Assembly: GCA_000934665.2 (NCBI GenBank)
Contig: JYFJ02002694.1
Location: 1-52,484 of the forward strand
DNA length: 52,484 nucleotides
Direction: 5' to 3'
From: Catajapyx aquilonaris
Taxonomy: Eukaryota
The notes under the pieces: generated by a model
Told to the model about the DNA's origin: nothing
The model's input: the letters and a program-made list of their open reading frames with translations, nothing else
Database searches by the model: none
Made by a program: the position numbers and the translations under genes
Shown: positions 37,898 to 49,473 of the stretch, piece by piece
Position numbering within the stretch: the first letter of the stretch is position 1
Layout of the letters: every line of letters begins with the position of its first letter

Positions 37898-40800
37898 TCA
37901 CTGAGAATTAATGTTAATTGGAGTCCTGTCCTCTGCGTCCTCCCTGTCTGCATCTTCTTCGGCTGCAGATTCTTCAGGAGAAGCACGAATGGCCTGATAC
38001 CACTGGTTGGTGAGGTCAGTCATCTGAGACCGACAGTCCCTCAGCTCCTGCTGTGTGAATCTTCGGGTGAAGAAAGGGATGAAGTAACGGACATCCCAGT
38101 AAGCAAATCCACTCAAGCCAGGCTTCGAGTATGTTAGCTCCAGCTCCTCCTCGGTAATTTCTGAGAGGTGCTCTGAATCTATTGTTTGGCCCTGTTACGT
38201 ATAAAGAAAGGATCATTAGTCATTGTGAAATAACTCGCTCACACTTTCATGAGTCAATCACTTCGACACTTTCTTTTTTTAATGTTGCCTCAAGAATGTC
38301 TGCGCTTTTAAAAACCTCACAGGATAACTTGCAACCAAATTCACATGCACAACAAATCCTTCCTGAATCAAAGTTGAGTGAACTTGTAGTCGACATAATG
38401 CTAATAATGATAATGTCTGCAATGCTTGGCTGACATATCTGTGAGTTCAATGTGACATGATGAAGGTTTGTAATTTTGGTTTATTTTTCACTCTGCTAGC
38501 AAGTCATGTCACTAAAATTTAGTGAAGAAATGCTCCCTGGAACTGCTGTTATTCAATAAAATTATAAATCCTAATAATGTCACATGCATGAATGTCTGCA
38601 AGAACTGCACCTGCCATTATTGCACAGAATTATAAAGTGCAGTTGTGATGAAACATTACCGGTAACAGAATAATTCTTTGATCACCTTGGATTTTGGAAA
38701 CAAGTGAAGAAAAGCTTCAAAAGCATGCTAATTTTTTGCACATAAACTTCATCTCCTTTACAAAACACTTGCACATATAAAGCACTGCAACAGGATGTAC
38801 TACTCATTGGCACTGGTAATAATCATTAGTGCAATTAGATGTGTCCTAAGATTGAGCCAGAAACCGTGAATAATGCATATGTCGCTTAATAATATTGACC
38901 ATTATAAATACTGTATGCAGTCAGTAGTAAAGACAAGACACACTGTTACTTATCAGTTACTGGAATCAGAAAATCAAGTGGTAGTGGTAGGATACTCTCA
39001 CTTGTCAGTAGGATAATAGGTTTGGGTAGACTTACAGATGGATGGACAGGCCCAAGGGGCAGGGAAGGCTCAGTCTGGCAAAAGGCAAGAGGATGGTGGA
39101 AATCAAAATTAAAATCACATTGAACTGCAGCAAATTTTTTTAAATTGGGACTTCTTTACAAAATGAAAAAATTAATGATATTTCAAGTACCAGTACCAGA
39201 AAGAATTCTGTAATACAGTTAATGGTACCTGGACACTTACCATTTCTTTTGTCTTACTGAGAGATATTTCTCGATTATCCCTCTTTCGTCTCCTCCTCCT
39301 TCGACCAGTTGAAGGTTTCTCAGCACTCATGAACTGGAAACAAAGCACGTTTTAAAGCACAGGAGAGGCAGACATAATGAAGTCAGGCATTTACATACCT
39401 TAAGTAGAGGCATTGTGGATCCTCCAAGGACGACAAGGGTGAAGAGGACGTCAATCAAGGTGGTGGTAACAATCACATGCCTCTTCTCATTCTCAAACTC
39501 CAAATGGAGAGAGAGTGCATATGCAATTGCTCCTCTTAGACCTGCAAACCACATAGTATTAAATATTACTGCTGAGAATTCACAATGTAAAATATCTCGG
39601 CTAATTCAATGCAAGTGTCCCAATGCATTGTATGGCATTCAGAGAATAGTATGCTCAACGCCTGCCACTTTACCTCATTCACAAACTCTCAATCTGGCTT
39701 TCAAATATGTGGCAATTACCTTACTATTAATTAGATCTCATGTTTCTTCGCATTTTTATTTCTACTTCATGTGCACCCCAATACTGACCACTGAACCACA
39801 TGATAAACATCATCTTCTTGGTTATTTGGTGCTCTCTGAAGCGGTTGACAAGCATCGAAAGTGGAAATATGTTGCAAGCACGTCCCAGAAGGCAGAGGAC
39901 AATGCTCCATACAACCAGAGCAGGCTCTATGCGGTGAGGGAAGCTGAAGATGGCCATGCCCAAGTACGCAAAGACACATGTCTCAGCAATAAATGCAAGA
40001 GTCCTCATGGTCTGCTGCATGGTGATTTGGGTAACAGGCGAAAGGTTAAAATGTGTGTAATGGGACATCACAATGCCACAGAATAAGATGGCCATAATGC
40101 CTGACAAGTGGATTCCTTCCGCCAGGGCATAGGGGGCATATGTAAAGACCAACATTATGCCGAACTCCAGGGAAGGGTTGCGGCGAAGGTCAACATGTTT
40201 CAGGAGGTGGAGAGGCATTAAGGATTTGTAACATACATTACTCGATTACTGGCATGATTAAATATGCTGCAATACTTTCTGTCATTAATTTCAACTTGCT
40301 AAATGCAACCCCATACAGTGCTGGACATAATAGCCGTCGCTGAATGTTTTTTTCCGGCGGAGGCGGTGGCGGCGTTACCTGGCAACCCCGTCCAGCGGGC
40401 CAATTCGAACATCAGCCCATGGAGAGCGCTTCCATTGTTGCCACTGTTTGCAAATCGAATGAGTGAGTGCGCAGGCAGAAGAGACCCGTCGCTGGGTCGT
40501 CCGCGTCACTCGTTCGATTTGTAAACAGTGGCAACAATGGAAGAATTCTCCATGGGCTGATGTTTGAATTGGCCTGCCAGACAGGGTTGCCAGGTAACGC
40601 CACGCCGCCGCCGCCGAAAAAAAACATTCAGCGACGCCTATTATGTCCAGCACTGTACAGTAGTGGAAATTCCATACCTGCGTGAAACAGGATAAAATAC
40701 TAAATCAACACAAAAGGATATCAATGCAACTGCAAGAGCAAAAAGGACTCCAATTCCTGCTGAGGCAAAGAACATGAGGAAGAAGCGTGAGAAGCCATGA

Positions 40801-43800
40801 AGAACAGCCTCTGAAGTGGTCATAGCTGCCATGGCAGGGGAACTTGATTCCAACACTGTCCTAATGGTACAACCCAAGCAATTAGGTGTGACCCATACAA
40901 CATGGTTTCAATGTACTCACTCTGTCAATACAATGGCCACAGCATCATTGAGGATACTCTCCCCAAACACCAACATGTTCAGGACAGGGTCAACATCCAG
41001 AGCATGGAAAATGGCCAAGGTTGCAACTGGATCCACAGCAGATATCAATGACCCGAAGGCGAAGCTCTCCACAAATGTCAAACGGTATGCAACTTCAGCC
41101 TGAAAAATGAATTTAAATAAATCAGTATTATTATAAAGCCCAAAGTTTGTTGGTATCTTTCTTTCATTTATGCCTATTTAACACACTTCCCGACTGACTA
41201 CTAAGAGCGCTGAAACTTGGCACACCCATGCCTTACATTTCGCTGATTCCAGGAAAAGTCCGAAAATAGCACTTCTTCGAGCCTAAATGCCCAAAATTGA
41301 GGACTTCGGGTTTTCCATATTGTTGTCTCATCTACGGCCACTGTTACCATGATGCTCCTATACCCTCCCCTCCCCATGTAGTCCGGGCCCTAAGCGTCTT
41401 AACCTTGCATTTTGGGATAAGAAGGTGCCACTTGGCACATATGTTCCTTAGGCATATAGGAGAAATTCCAGAGTTGCAGGCAACTGATCGGCCCCTTAGG
41501 TCACGAATTATGCGGTGTTGCCAACATGGCCGGGGATGACCTGAGCGTTTTTAACGTTGCATTTTGTGATAAGAAGGTACCGCTTGGCACATATGTTCCC
41601 TAGGTCTGTAGGAGTCGTTTGAGACATGGCGGCACTTGATCGGCTCCTTAGGTCAGGAGTTATGCGGTGTTGCCAACCTGGTCCTGGACCTAAGCGTTTT
41701 GAACCATTTTTAACTTTGCATTTTGGGATTTTGGCAAGAATGTTCCCCAGGCCTAGAGGTTCCATTTGAGAGTTGGTGGCACCTGATCTGCCCCTTAGAT
41801 CACGAGTTATGCGGTTATGCTTAGGTTACGGACCAGGTTGGCAACACCGCATAACTCCCGACCTAAGGAGCGGATCAAGTGCCGCCATCTCTCAAATGGA
41901 TCCTATACACCTAGGGAACATGTCTGCCAAGTGGCACCTTCTCATCACAAAGTGCCGAGTTAAAACGCTTAGTTCCCTGATCAGGTTGGCAACACCGCAT
42001 AACTCGTGACCTAAGGGGCCGATCAGTTGCCTGCAACTCTGAAATTGCTCCTACAGGCCTAAGGAACATATGTGCCAAGTGGCACCTTCTTATCCCAAAA
42101 TGCGAAGTTAAAAATGGTTCAAAACGCTTAGGTCCAGGACCAGGTTGGCAACACCGCATAACTCCTGACCTAAGGAGCCGATCAAGTGCCGCCATGTCTC
42201 AAACGACTCCTACAGGCCTAGGGAACATATGTGCCAAGCGGCACCTTCTTATCACAAAATGCAACGTTAAAAACGCTCAGGTCATCCCCGGCCATGTTGG
42301 CAACACCGCATAACACGTGACCTAAGGGGCCGATCAGTTGCCTGCAACTCTGGAATTGCTCCTATAGGCCTAAGGAACATATGTGCCAAGTGGCACCTTC
42401 TTATCCCAAAATGCAAGGTTAGGCCTGATTCTTGCGCTTAGGGCCCGGACTAATGTCCTCCCCTCCCTCACTGCATTGTTGGCGAGTTGGCACCATTGGC
42501 AGTTGCTATAAACTGGCAGCGATTGTTGTTGGTAACCATGGGAGTGAAAACTTTTTGAGTTCTGGAAAAGACTCAGCTCTGAGCACTCTCCTCCCCCTCC
42601 CCCTCTCACTCCTTCCTCCCTCCTGTCTTGACCAACCCCTCTTGCGCTTCCCAAACTGCGGGTCACACACTCAATATTTGGGGTTGCAAGGGAGGGTAAC
42701 AAATAATTTTCAGATTCTGTCTCTCTGAAAATAATGCCCATAAGGTACGTTACAGAACAATAATTCAGCTACCTGACACTAGTTAAAAATTCTTTTCATT
42801 TCACTGTTCACCTATCTTTTCATATTGCGGGATCGAAATGTGCACATCAGGAGGGTTGATAATTTTACGAGGCGATTTTTTGGGGTAGCCAACAAAAAAT
42901 ATTGCCAGGAAGGCAGATCACATAATGCCGGAAATTGTGGTACATAGAGAAAAGAATCACAACTTGACAAAGGCCAGCAGATGATAGTGTGTTCAATAAT
43001 GCGACAATGAAATAATCTGCGAACGGGTTATGAAAGTGGTTCACCAGAGAACAAAAATTAGACAAATTTTTTGGACACAACATTACATACACTTTGTGAT
43101 GACTTCTTTTAAATATGTAGGTTACTCACTGAATATCACTGAAAAAATCAATCCTGAATATATTTGTGTAACTTATCCTGCCCTCAAGTAATGACACTGT
43201 AAATAGAATCATCATCATCATCATGTCACTGCAACGAAGGCAGTTTATTTGTCCATGGAAATGGTGCAGTAAGAATATCTTCTGAATTTCTCTGAACCCA
43301 TCAGGAGGTATGCCTTCATGGAAAGATATAATGTATCAGAGTTAGGTGCAGATGTCCTGCTTTGGAATTGTCAAGCTGTGTTCTGCAGTTTTAGACGTAC
43401 AGTGCACTGATGCACATATTACAATTAAGAACTATGTATTCCCTCCGCACTTGGAATTATTACGCTACTTTTTGATCACATTTCAAAAATGAACACAATG
43501 CTCCCTTTATAACCTCAAGAACTTCGATTTATCAGGTCCAGCAACTGTCTGTAGGATTTAATACATTACATAATTTCATAAAATACTGGCTGCTTCCCAC
43601 CCTTAAGGCCCATACACACAGGTGGTCGACAGTTTTAGTCTTTGGTCGCGTTGACGCCACGGACCAATGAACAAGCGCAACACAAGTGTTGAGCTTGTTT
43701 ACATGAGTCATGATTGGTCTGCGGCGTCAACGCCACCAAAGACCAAAACCGTCGACCGCCTGTGTGTATGAGCCTTTATTCAGGCCACAACCGGTCTTGC

Positions 43801-46193
43801 TCATGTGACTTGTTTGAGGCCATCACTCCCATGAGCACATAGCATTTACACTCCCTCTGACCTAGCTCACTATACAGTATACGCTGGTTTCACAAACTCC
43901 TTTCATTTATCAATTCCCTTGCGAAGAAATAATTCTGCTAGTAAATAAATCTATCTATCTATCTCGTGCTAAGACATCACTAGCATAACCTTAATGTGTA
44001 ATATTTCATAACTTATTAAATGTGACTAAAAGTTTAATCTAACAATAAAATATCCAATTAATTTAGTACATTCCTGGCAAACTAGATATTTCACACACAA
44101 AGTACACACCAGTCCCAAAAGGTAGATGCCACTCCCAATGACAAAGGCAGAAATAGCAGTCCCGAGTATGGCAAACACCAGAATGGACCCAATATTCTGA
44201 AAGAAATTTCCTTTGTGAAGATTGTATCCCGATTCAAATATGATGGGTGGCAGGAGCACAAGAAAGAAGGCTGTTGGAGAAAAGGCTTCTTCCTTTTGCC
44301 AACTGAAGCTACTGGAAGACACCAGCTGGAGAAGAAGCCCAACCAGTGCACCTGTAAGTACAAATGATTGCATTATAATAGCAAGAATTATATGCAATAA
44401 ACCTTTGCAACTGATATTCACCCAAAAAGACAACAGCCAAGCTCTCTGGTAAGTACTTGAATGTGGTTTGAAGAAAGAAGTGGATGAACAGGATGCTTAG
44501 AGCTGCAAACAGAGCCACGTATGTTAAAACACGAGTTGCAAGTGTGCAAGAAAAAACACTGACCCAGGACAGACAGCACAAGGAAGATGGCCATGGAGCT
44601 GTGGTGCTCTTCTTCGGCTGCACCCTTCTCTGGCAGGAGGGCCTCCACTGAGGCCTGGCTGCTGGAGGGGGTCTCTGCAGGAGTTGATGTAGCATTTGTT
44701 GCATTGTTGTCCACACTGCCAAGGAAAAAACAACTTGATGCCTTGTGAAAGTATTTTTTCATTCGAGGATGCATTTACAAAGAGCTGCAACAAGCATAAT
44801 GGCAACTAGATCTCTCCACATACATTTTTGTTGTTTTAATGCTAAGCCTCGGTGAATTAGCCACCTACTGATCAAGCATGTAACATTGAGTGACATGGTT
44901 CCCATCTGGATGTAATTTGTGTTGCATATGTAGTCGTGTTTTTCCTGAATTTTTGAGACATTGGCAGACATTAACTACATGTCAAAATGGTACATAACCA
45001 ACAAGGGCTCAAAAGAGCCTAATATAAAAATAACGTAACAATAAATATGAAAGGCCGTGACTTTTTACAATCCTACACTTGGCCTTCAGCACAAGGCATG
45101 ATCGTTATGCAGCCTTTGAATACATGACCTTCTCTGAGGTGTGCATGCAATTAATTGCCTTTACAGCACCATCAACTAGAGAAAAACTTGAGGAAATGGA
45201 AGGTTATGAACAAATTCATCCATATTAAGAAGTTCAGTGCGTAGTAAAATACTTATCAAAGCTCATTTGCCATTAAGAAGTATGATATAAAAATGTCAAT
45301 ATTCCTACATTACCTGCTCACTTCCTTTAATTTTTAACTGCAAAATACCCTTTTATATGCAGACAGCCTCATTTCCTTCTCAAGGTAACAACAATAAGAT
45401 TGGCAAATCCTTTTATTAAAGTTCTTGCTTCTGACTGGTGCTCACCTAAGTGATTCCCTGATTTCAGGGACCTCTGCAAATCTTACAACTATCTTATCCC
45501 AATTAACTTGACCTGACAGGAAAATGTAAAAAGCCACCAAATGTGCCTTCATTGCAGTAACGCTGAATATAACAGGATTATTAAAAAATTGCCTCAATTA
45601 CACTTTCAAAAAGTGCAACACAGCATTTGTATTGTACACACTAGTCATCACTGGCTACCCCATTTCTGGGAATATGCCATGGTGTAATGAATGAAAAAAT
45701 GAATGAATGATTGTTAACAAATCACAAGGACCATAAATAGCAGAAGTGCCTCAAGTACTTGTTGAATTACACTGTGACTCTTATCTAGTGGGAACTCCAC
45801 GTCACCCGTTTATCTACCATATTACGAAGTCAAAGTCTAAAACTAGAACAAAAGCATAAACAACAAACGAGCCATGCCATTTACTGATCTGATTGTGAAG
45901 GAGCAAGATACCATCAGTATTCAATATCCCGTGTGAGTGAACTTGCACTTTACATCTCATTGTTTTGGATGTTTGGAACTCTCTATTGACCTTCCGTGTT
46001 CCACCCACCTGCCGGCTTCCCCTCCATCGACAGTCACGTTACTGCCAGCCTTACTCCCTGCCGCCGCCACATCCACCGCTCCGTCCTCCTTCTTCTCCCC
46101 AGACGCGGCATCCCTCCTGACCAGGTCCTGCTGTGCCCCAACCAAGCACCCCACCAACAGGAGCAGTCCCACCAAGCGGACAGCCTGCACCAT
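37898..46193 (-). CDS. SLC9A8: Sodium/hydrogen exchanger 8 (NHE8, intracellular/Golgi type), ~641 aa (654 aa with the optional 39-nt exon)
   Basis: Exons 46193-46009, 44715-44564, 44502-44422, 44351-44110, 41099-40921, 40860-40722, 40206-39789, 39541-39399, 39333-39241, [39074-39036], 38191-37898. NHE8-diagnostic sequence: [130 protein letters not shown]. The frame is kept across 40722/40206 by an AT-AC intron. Confidence 0.95.
39036..39074 (-). CDS. Candidate 39-nt in-frame cassette exon of NHE8 ([13 protein letters not shown])
   Basis: Pyrimidine-rich acceptor CCTCTTGCCTTTTGCCAG, consensus donor GTAAGT, 13 sense codons, phase 0/0 matching the host intron. Confidence 0.6.
40207..40721 (-). 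other. U12-type (minor spliceosome) AT-AC intron of NHE8, 515 nt, phase 0
   Basis: The 5' end reads ...GCA TTG|ATATCCTTTT (U12 consensus RTATCCTT). The 3' end reads TCCTTAATGCCTCTCCAC|CTC CTG AAA CAT: a U12-like branch site TCCTTAAT about 10 nt upstream of a terminal AC. Joining gives ALAVAL-LLKHVDL, which is continuous NHE8 sequence. Confidence 0.92.
40316..40655. mobile_element. Fold-back MITE (Tc1/mariner-type ends), 340 bp, TA target-site duplication, inside the U12 intron
   Basis: TA|CAGTGCTGGACATAATAG... at 40314 and ...CTATTATGTCCAGCACTG|TA ending at 40657. Arms of ~155 bp are reverse complements with scattered mismatches around a ~30-nt centre. No transposase-like ORF. The superfamily is inferred from the TA duplication and CAGT terminus. 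Confidence 0.88.
41379..42452. repeat. Inverted (fold-back) array of ~150-bp tandem units with alternating A/B variants, in the NHE8 intron 41100-44109
   Basis: Recurring core CTTGGCACATATGTTCC...TGATCGGC...CTTAGGTCA...TTATGCGGTGTTGCCAAC. About 3 units forward (starting near 41389, 41540 and 41689) and about 4 units reversed (~41830-42445). Both outer ends read TAGTCCGGGCCCTAAGCG in inverted orientation. Confidence 0.9.
43606..43775. mobile_element. PIF/Harbinger (Tourist-like) MITE, 170 bp, TTA target-site duplication
   Basis: TTA|AGGCCCATACACACAGGTGGTCGAC ... GTCGACCGCCTGTGTGTATGAGCCT|TTA, with complementarity continuing inward (TTTTAGTCTTTGGT/ACCAAAGACCAAAA, GTTGACGCC/GGCGTCAAC). A 3-bp TWA duplication is typical of PIF/Harbinger. 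Confidence 0.85.
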
Positions 46194-49100
46194 GTTACTG
46201 CCTCCTCCTGTTCTATCCTGGCACCATCCTGACTGCCCACCTGTAAAGCACACTGATCAGCTGCGGACCTTGACACCTCTGACAGAGCATCACCTCACCT
46301 TCTGATTATCTTATCCCCTTGTGAAGTCATCGTTTGCATCATGCGGCCGACTACATACCAACGCTACATACGTGTGTTCTGGAGGACACGTCCTTCCATC
46401 CCACTACAGGGTGTTACGCAACGATCGTTCTTCACTTGCGCATGGCAGCCGCAGGAGTGCGCCGGACAGACGATACTAACGATTCAGCGCGGGTTGTACG
46501 AAATGCCTCTCTCACAGCTCGAGAAATATAGTAGCCTACTACAGGTTCTGCAATCCAAGGATGGGACATTGAAATGATGGACAAAACTCTCTCTAAGATT
46601 GTTTTTATTAACAACTGGCATCCTAGTTTGAAGTGTACTGACTGGACAATTTTTGAAACAGGTACAACAGCAACAACAAGAACATGTCAGTTACTCCTCA
46701 TTAACTCAGTTGGTTTTATTATGTTACCGGTACATTTCTGTCGTTCTTATAGTATGAGAGAGAGAGAGAGCGTTCGACATGTTTTCTCTCTGGGGAGAGA
46801 AAATATGTGTCGTTTCAATCTCTTTTGGTGGACCATATTAGAATAAATAATTGTGGCAGTGGACTTTGGCAAATTAGGAATTAAATCGAAGCACGGTCGA
46901 ATTGTCAGGCTGAGTGAGGCATAAACTTATCAACCTACTTATTATTATCAGTGCACACTGGACAGTGAGAATTTCTTCAAGGTGACGGTTCCTTACAAAC
47001 TACACATAAAAATAATGAGCAAATATAAAAAAGAATGCATTGTCATTATTGTCACAATGTTCTTCGACCACCTACGGTGCATGTCACAAAATTCGTCAGC
47101 AGCATACCATGATCTAGGTGTGGGAAATATTTAAAAAAATAACAAACAAGCAAAAAAAGAACAGTGCCAAAGGTCTAAGATCTGAGCCAAATAGTTATAT
47201 AACTCAGAGGTGATGAACAATACATAATCTAAGTACACTCTTCACAGCCTAACGAGACTTTTTTTCCTTCTTGGAAATGTAATTACATATCCTTTTTTAA
47301 AATTACAACCGGGCTACTTTATGCTAGTATGACCTGCTGGCATATACAGATTGCACCATCATCGGTAGCAATACGACGAATTATTCGCAGTGTTCGCGAG
47401 GATTTGCGTTTCATTCCAGAGCAGAGCTAACTTATTGTACAATAATTAATTACACAACACGATTATACCATTTCACTACCGGCGTCTAGAGGGCTAAACG
47501 TATGGTTTTTTTTAATGCACGGATTTCTTGTGTTGTACCTTAGGCTTCTACAGCAGTGCCTGGATCCCATAGTATACTATGCCATGACCTCACCCATGGT
47601 ACAGGGTTTGCCATATAATTATCCTCCATGATTAAATGTTTTCAATTGGCTTAGTCAGGCACGAAGCATAAAGTCAAGGCCCTTTATGCAGTTTATTGTT
47701 GCCTGCAGTGGAAACCAACTTGAACTGATGTCATTCAAGAATTGCACGCAACATGACTTCCATTGCAGGTTACAAAAATTGCAGAGTATGTAAGAGCCTT
47801 TATTATTGTCACACAAAGGCACCATGATTTTAGTGCCGCGGATGGACCGCTTCAAGCTGATTTTTCTTGAATTTTTCTCTCTGGTATTTCCTTTTTTTGC
47901 ATAGTTTGGTCTAAAATGATTCATGTGATCGCCCTTTTCCCTGTGTAGTAAAATGCCATGCCATAGTTGGAGAAATCGAGTTGAGGTCAGAATTTGTATT
48001 TTAAAAAATCCCCGCCTGCAAGGATATTGAGTTAAATAATTGTGTTTCCGAGAAAATAAGTTCGAGGAAGACAAGAGCTCACAGCTTGTAAGGTTATCAC
48101 GCGTCTGGAAGGTGCGATCGTTTTATTGTCTCAGTTATCACGCACGTTACGAGGGCCGGAGCACTTTTTTTTTTGCCTAAATACCATCCTATTATCTTGT
48201 CCCTAAGTAATCTGAAAAGCAACGTAAGCAGTGCACAAATCTCAGGCCACTCTATTTTACACGGATCACTTTTTTTCCCTTAACAAAAACTCTCTGAGAG
48301 TACCCACTGAAAGATAGCAATTTTTTTGTCTATAACCTTTGCTGCACATTATAATTATATACTAAGCATTTAAGCAGAAAATAGGTGTCATCAGTCACGT
48401 GTAATATTATTCCGCTGCAGGGATGCACCGATGGCCCAAGACGACTCTAAATGAACCGTGCTCTGCAATAACAAGTCAACCCACAGGTAAAATTCTGATT
48501 ACGATTTTGAAAATACAATTTGTCCTGGAACGGTATGCAATTATCGATGAAATTAAATATCTTTTTTTAATGGTGGGGAATGGAAACTGTTGCAGTTCAC
48601 GGTCCAATAATGACTACTTTTAATCACAACCATAACGAAAATCCTCTCAAACTACGATTCTTTGTTCTACCAATATGTACCGTACGATCTCCTGAGGAAC
48701 GGGTCGTTTGGAACTCAGGTAAAATTATTAGTATACCATACATCACACACCATTTTGGTATAGGGTTTGTACGCAGGAATGGGCCATTACTGAGGTGACT
48801 GTGAGGAACAAAATAAATACAGAGGAACCCCAGGGAAACTGTACCGACCATCTGCATATGAACAGTATAGGTCGAAGAAGATATGAACTTCTTGTAGTAA
48901 GTATCACTATATAGTTTCTGGTGAATTCGGTACCTGCTCAGTTTTCACCCTTGAACCAGTCATTCAGCTCATTCTGACATGAACATATAAATTATGCGGC
49001 TGCCTTCTGACTGACACGCAATGTGAAAAATGCAAATTCCATTATTGTGGCTCGGTTATTGTCGGATGTGACAAGAAAAGGCCTCGTGCATTAGCTGTCA

Positions 49101-49450
49101 TCAAGTCAGGCCTTTCCACACCTCTCGTTCGATTGAACCAAACAGCCCTATGCGACCATTTCGATGCAACAGAATATAGCATGGTGTGACAGACCCTTTC
49201 ATATCCGTCTAATATCCTCTTGCTGTCCCTCCCATGGTAAAGTGATCAGCAAGAAGGCAGCCGCGACATATTGACTAGAGACATCACATCCAACTAAGCC
49301 CACATCCAAAAAAGGTGTCCAGCCTTATTTTCCCTAGACATGTACCTGAGCTGGTGACACATATCCACACTCACGCATTCACACATGAAGGGAGGGTCAC
49401 AACCTTTCAGTGATGGCGGACTATAAGGTCGCGTGCCTTTTATATTATTT

Positions 49451-49473
49451 TTCTTCTTCTTCTTCTTCTTCTT
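49451..49473. repeat. (TTC)n microsatellite
   Basis: About 7 consecutive TTC units. Confidence 0.85.

Noticed and set aside
40303..40685. ORFs of 71-92 aa on both strands with mutually similar translations ([12 protein letters not shown] / [12 protein letters not shown])
   Set aside because: They result from the inverted arms of the intronic MITE and show no protein-family motif.
41125..41340. Possible HINE/Helentron-like fragment (CTGAAACTTGGCACAC motif) beside the fold-back array
   Set aside because: Only a short motif resemblance. Boundaries and subterminal repeats could not be defined without a repeat-library search.
41297..42741. Repetitive ORFs and regularly spaced repeats that superficially resemble a CRISPR array or repeat protein
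   Set aside because: The ~150-bp units are similar along their whole length with no unique spacers, the context is a eukaryotic intron, and there are no cas genes.
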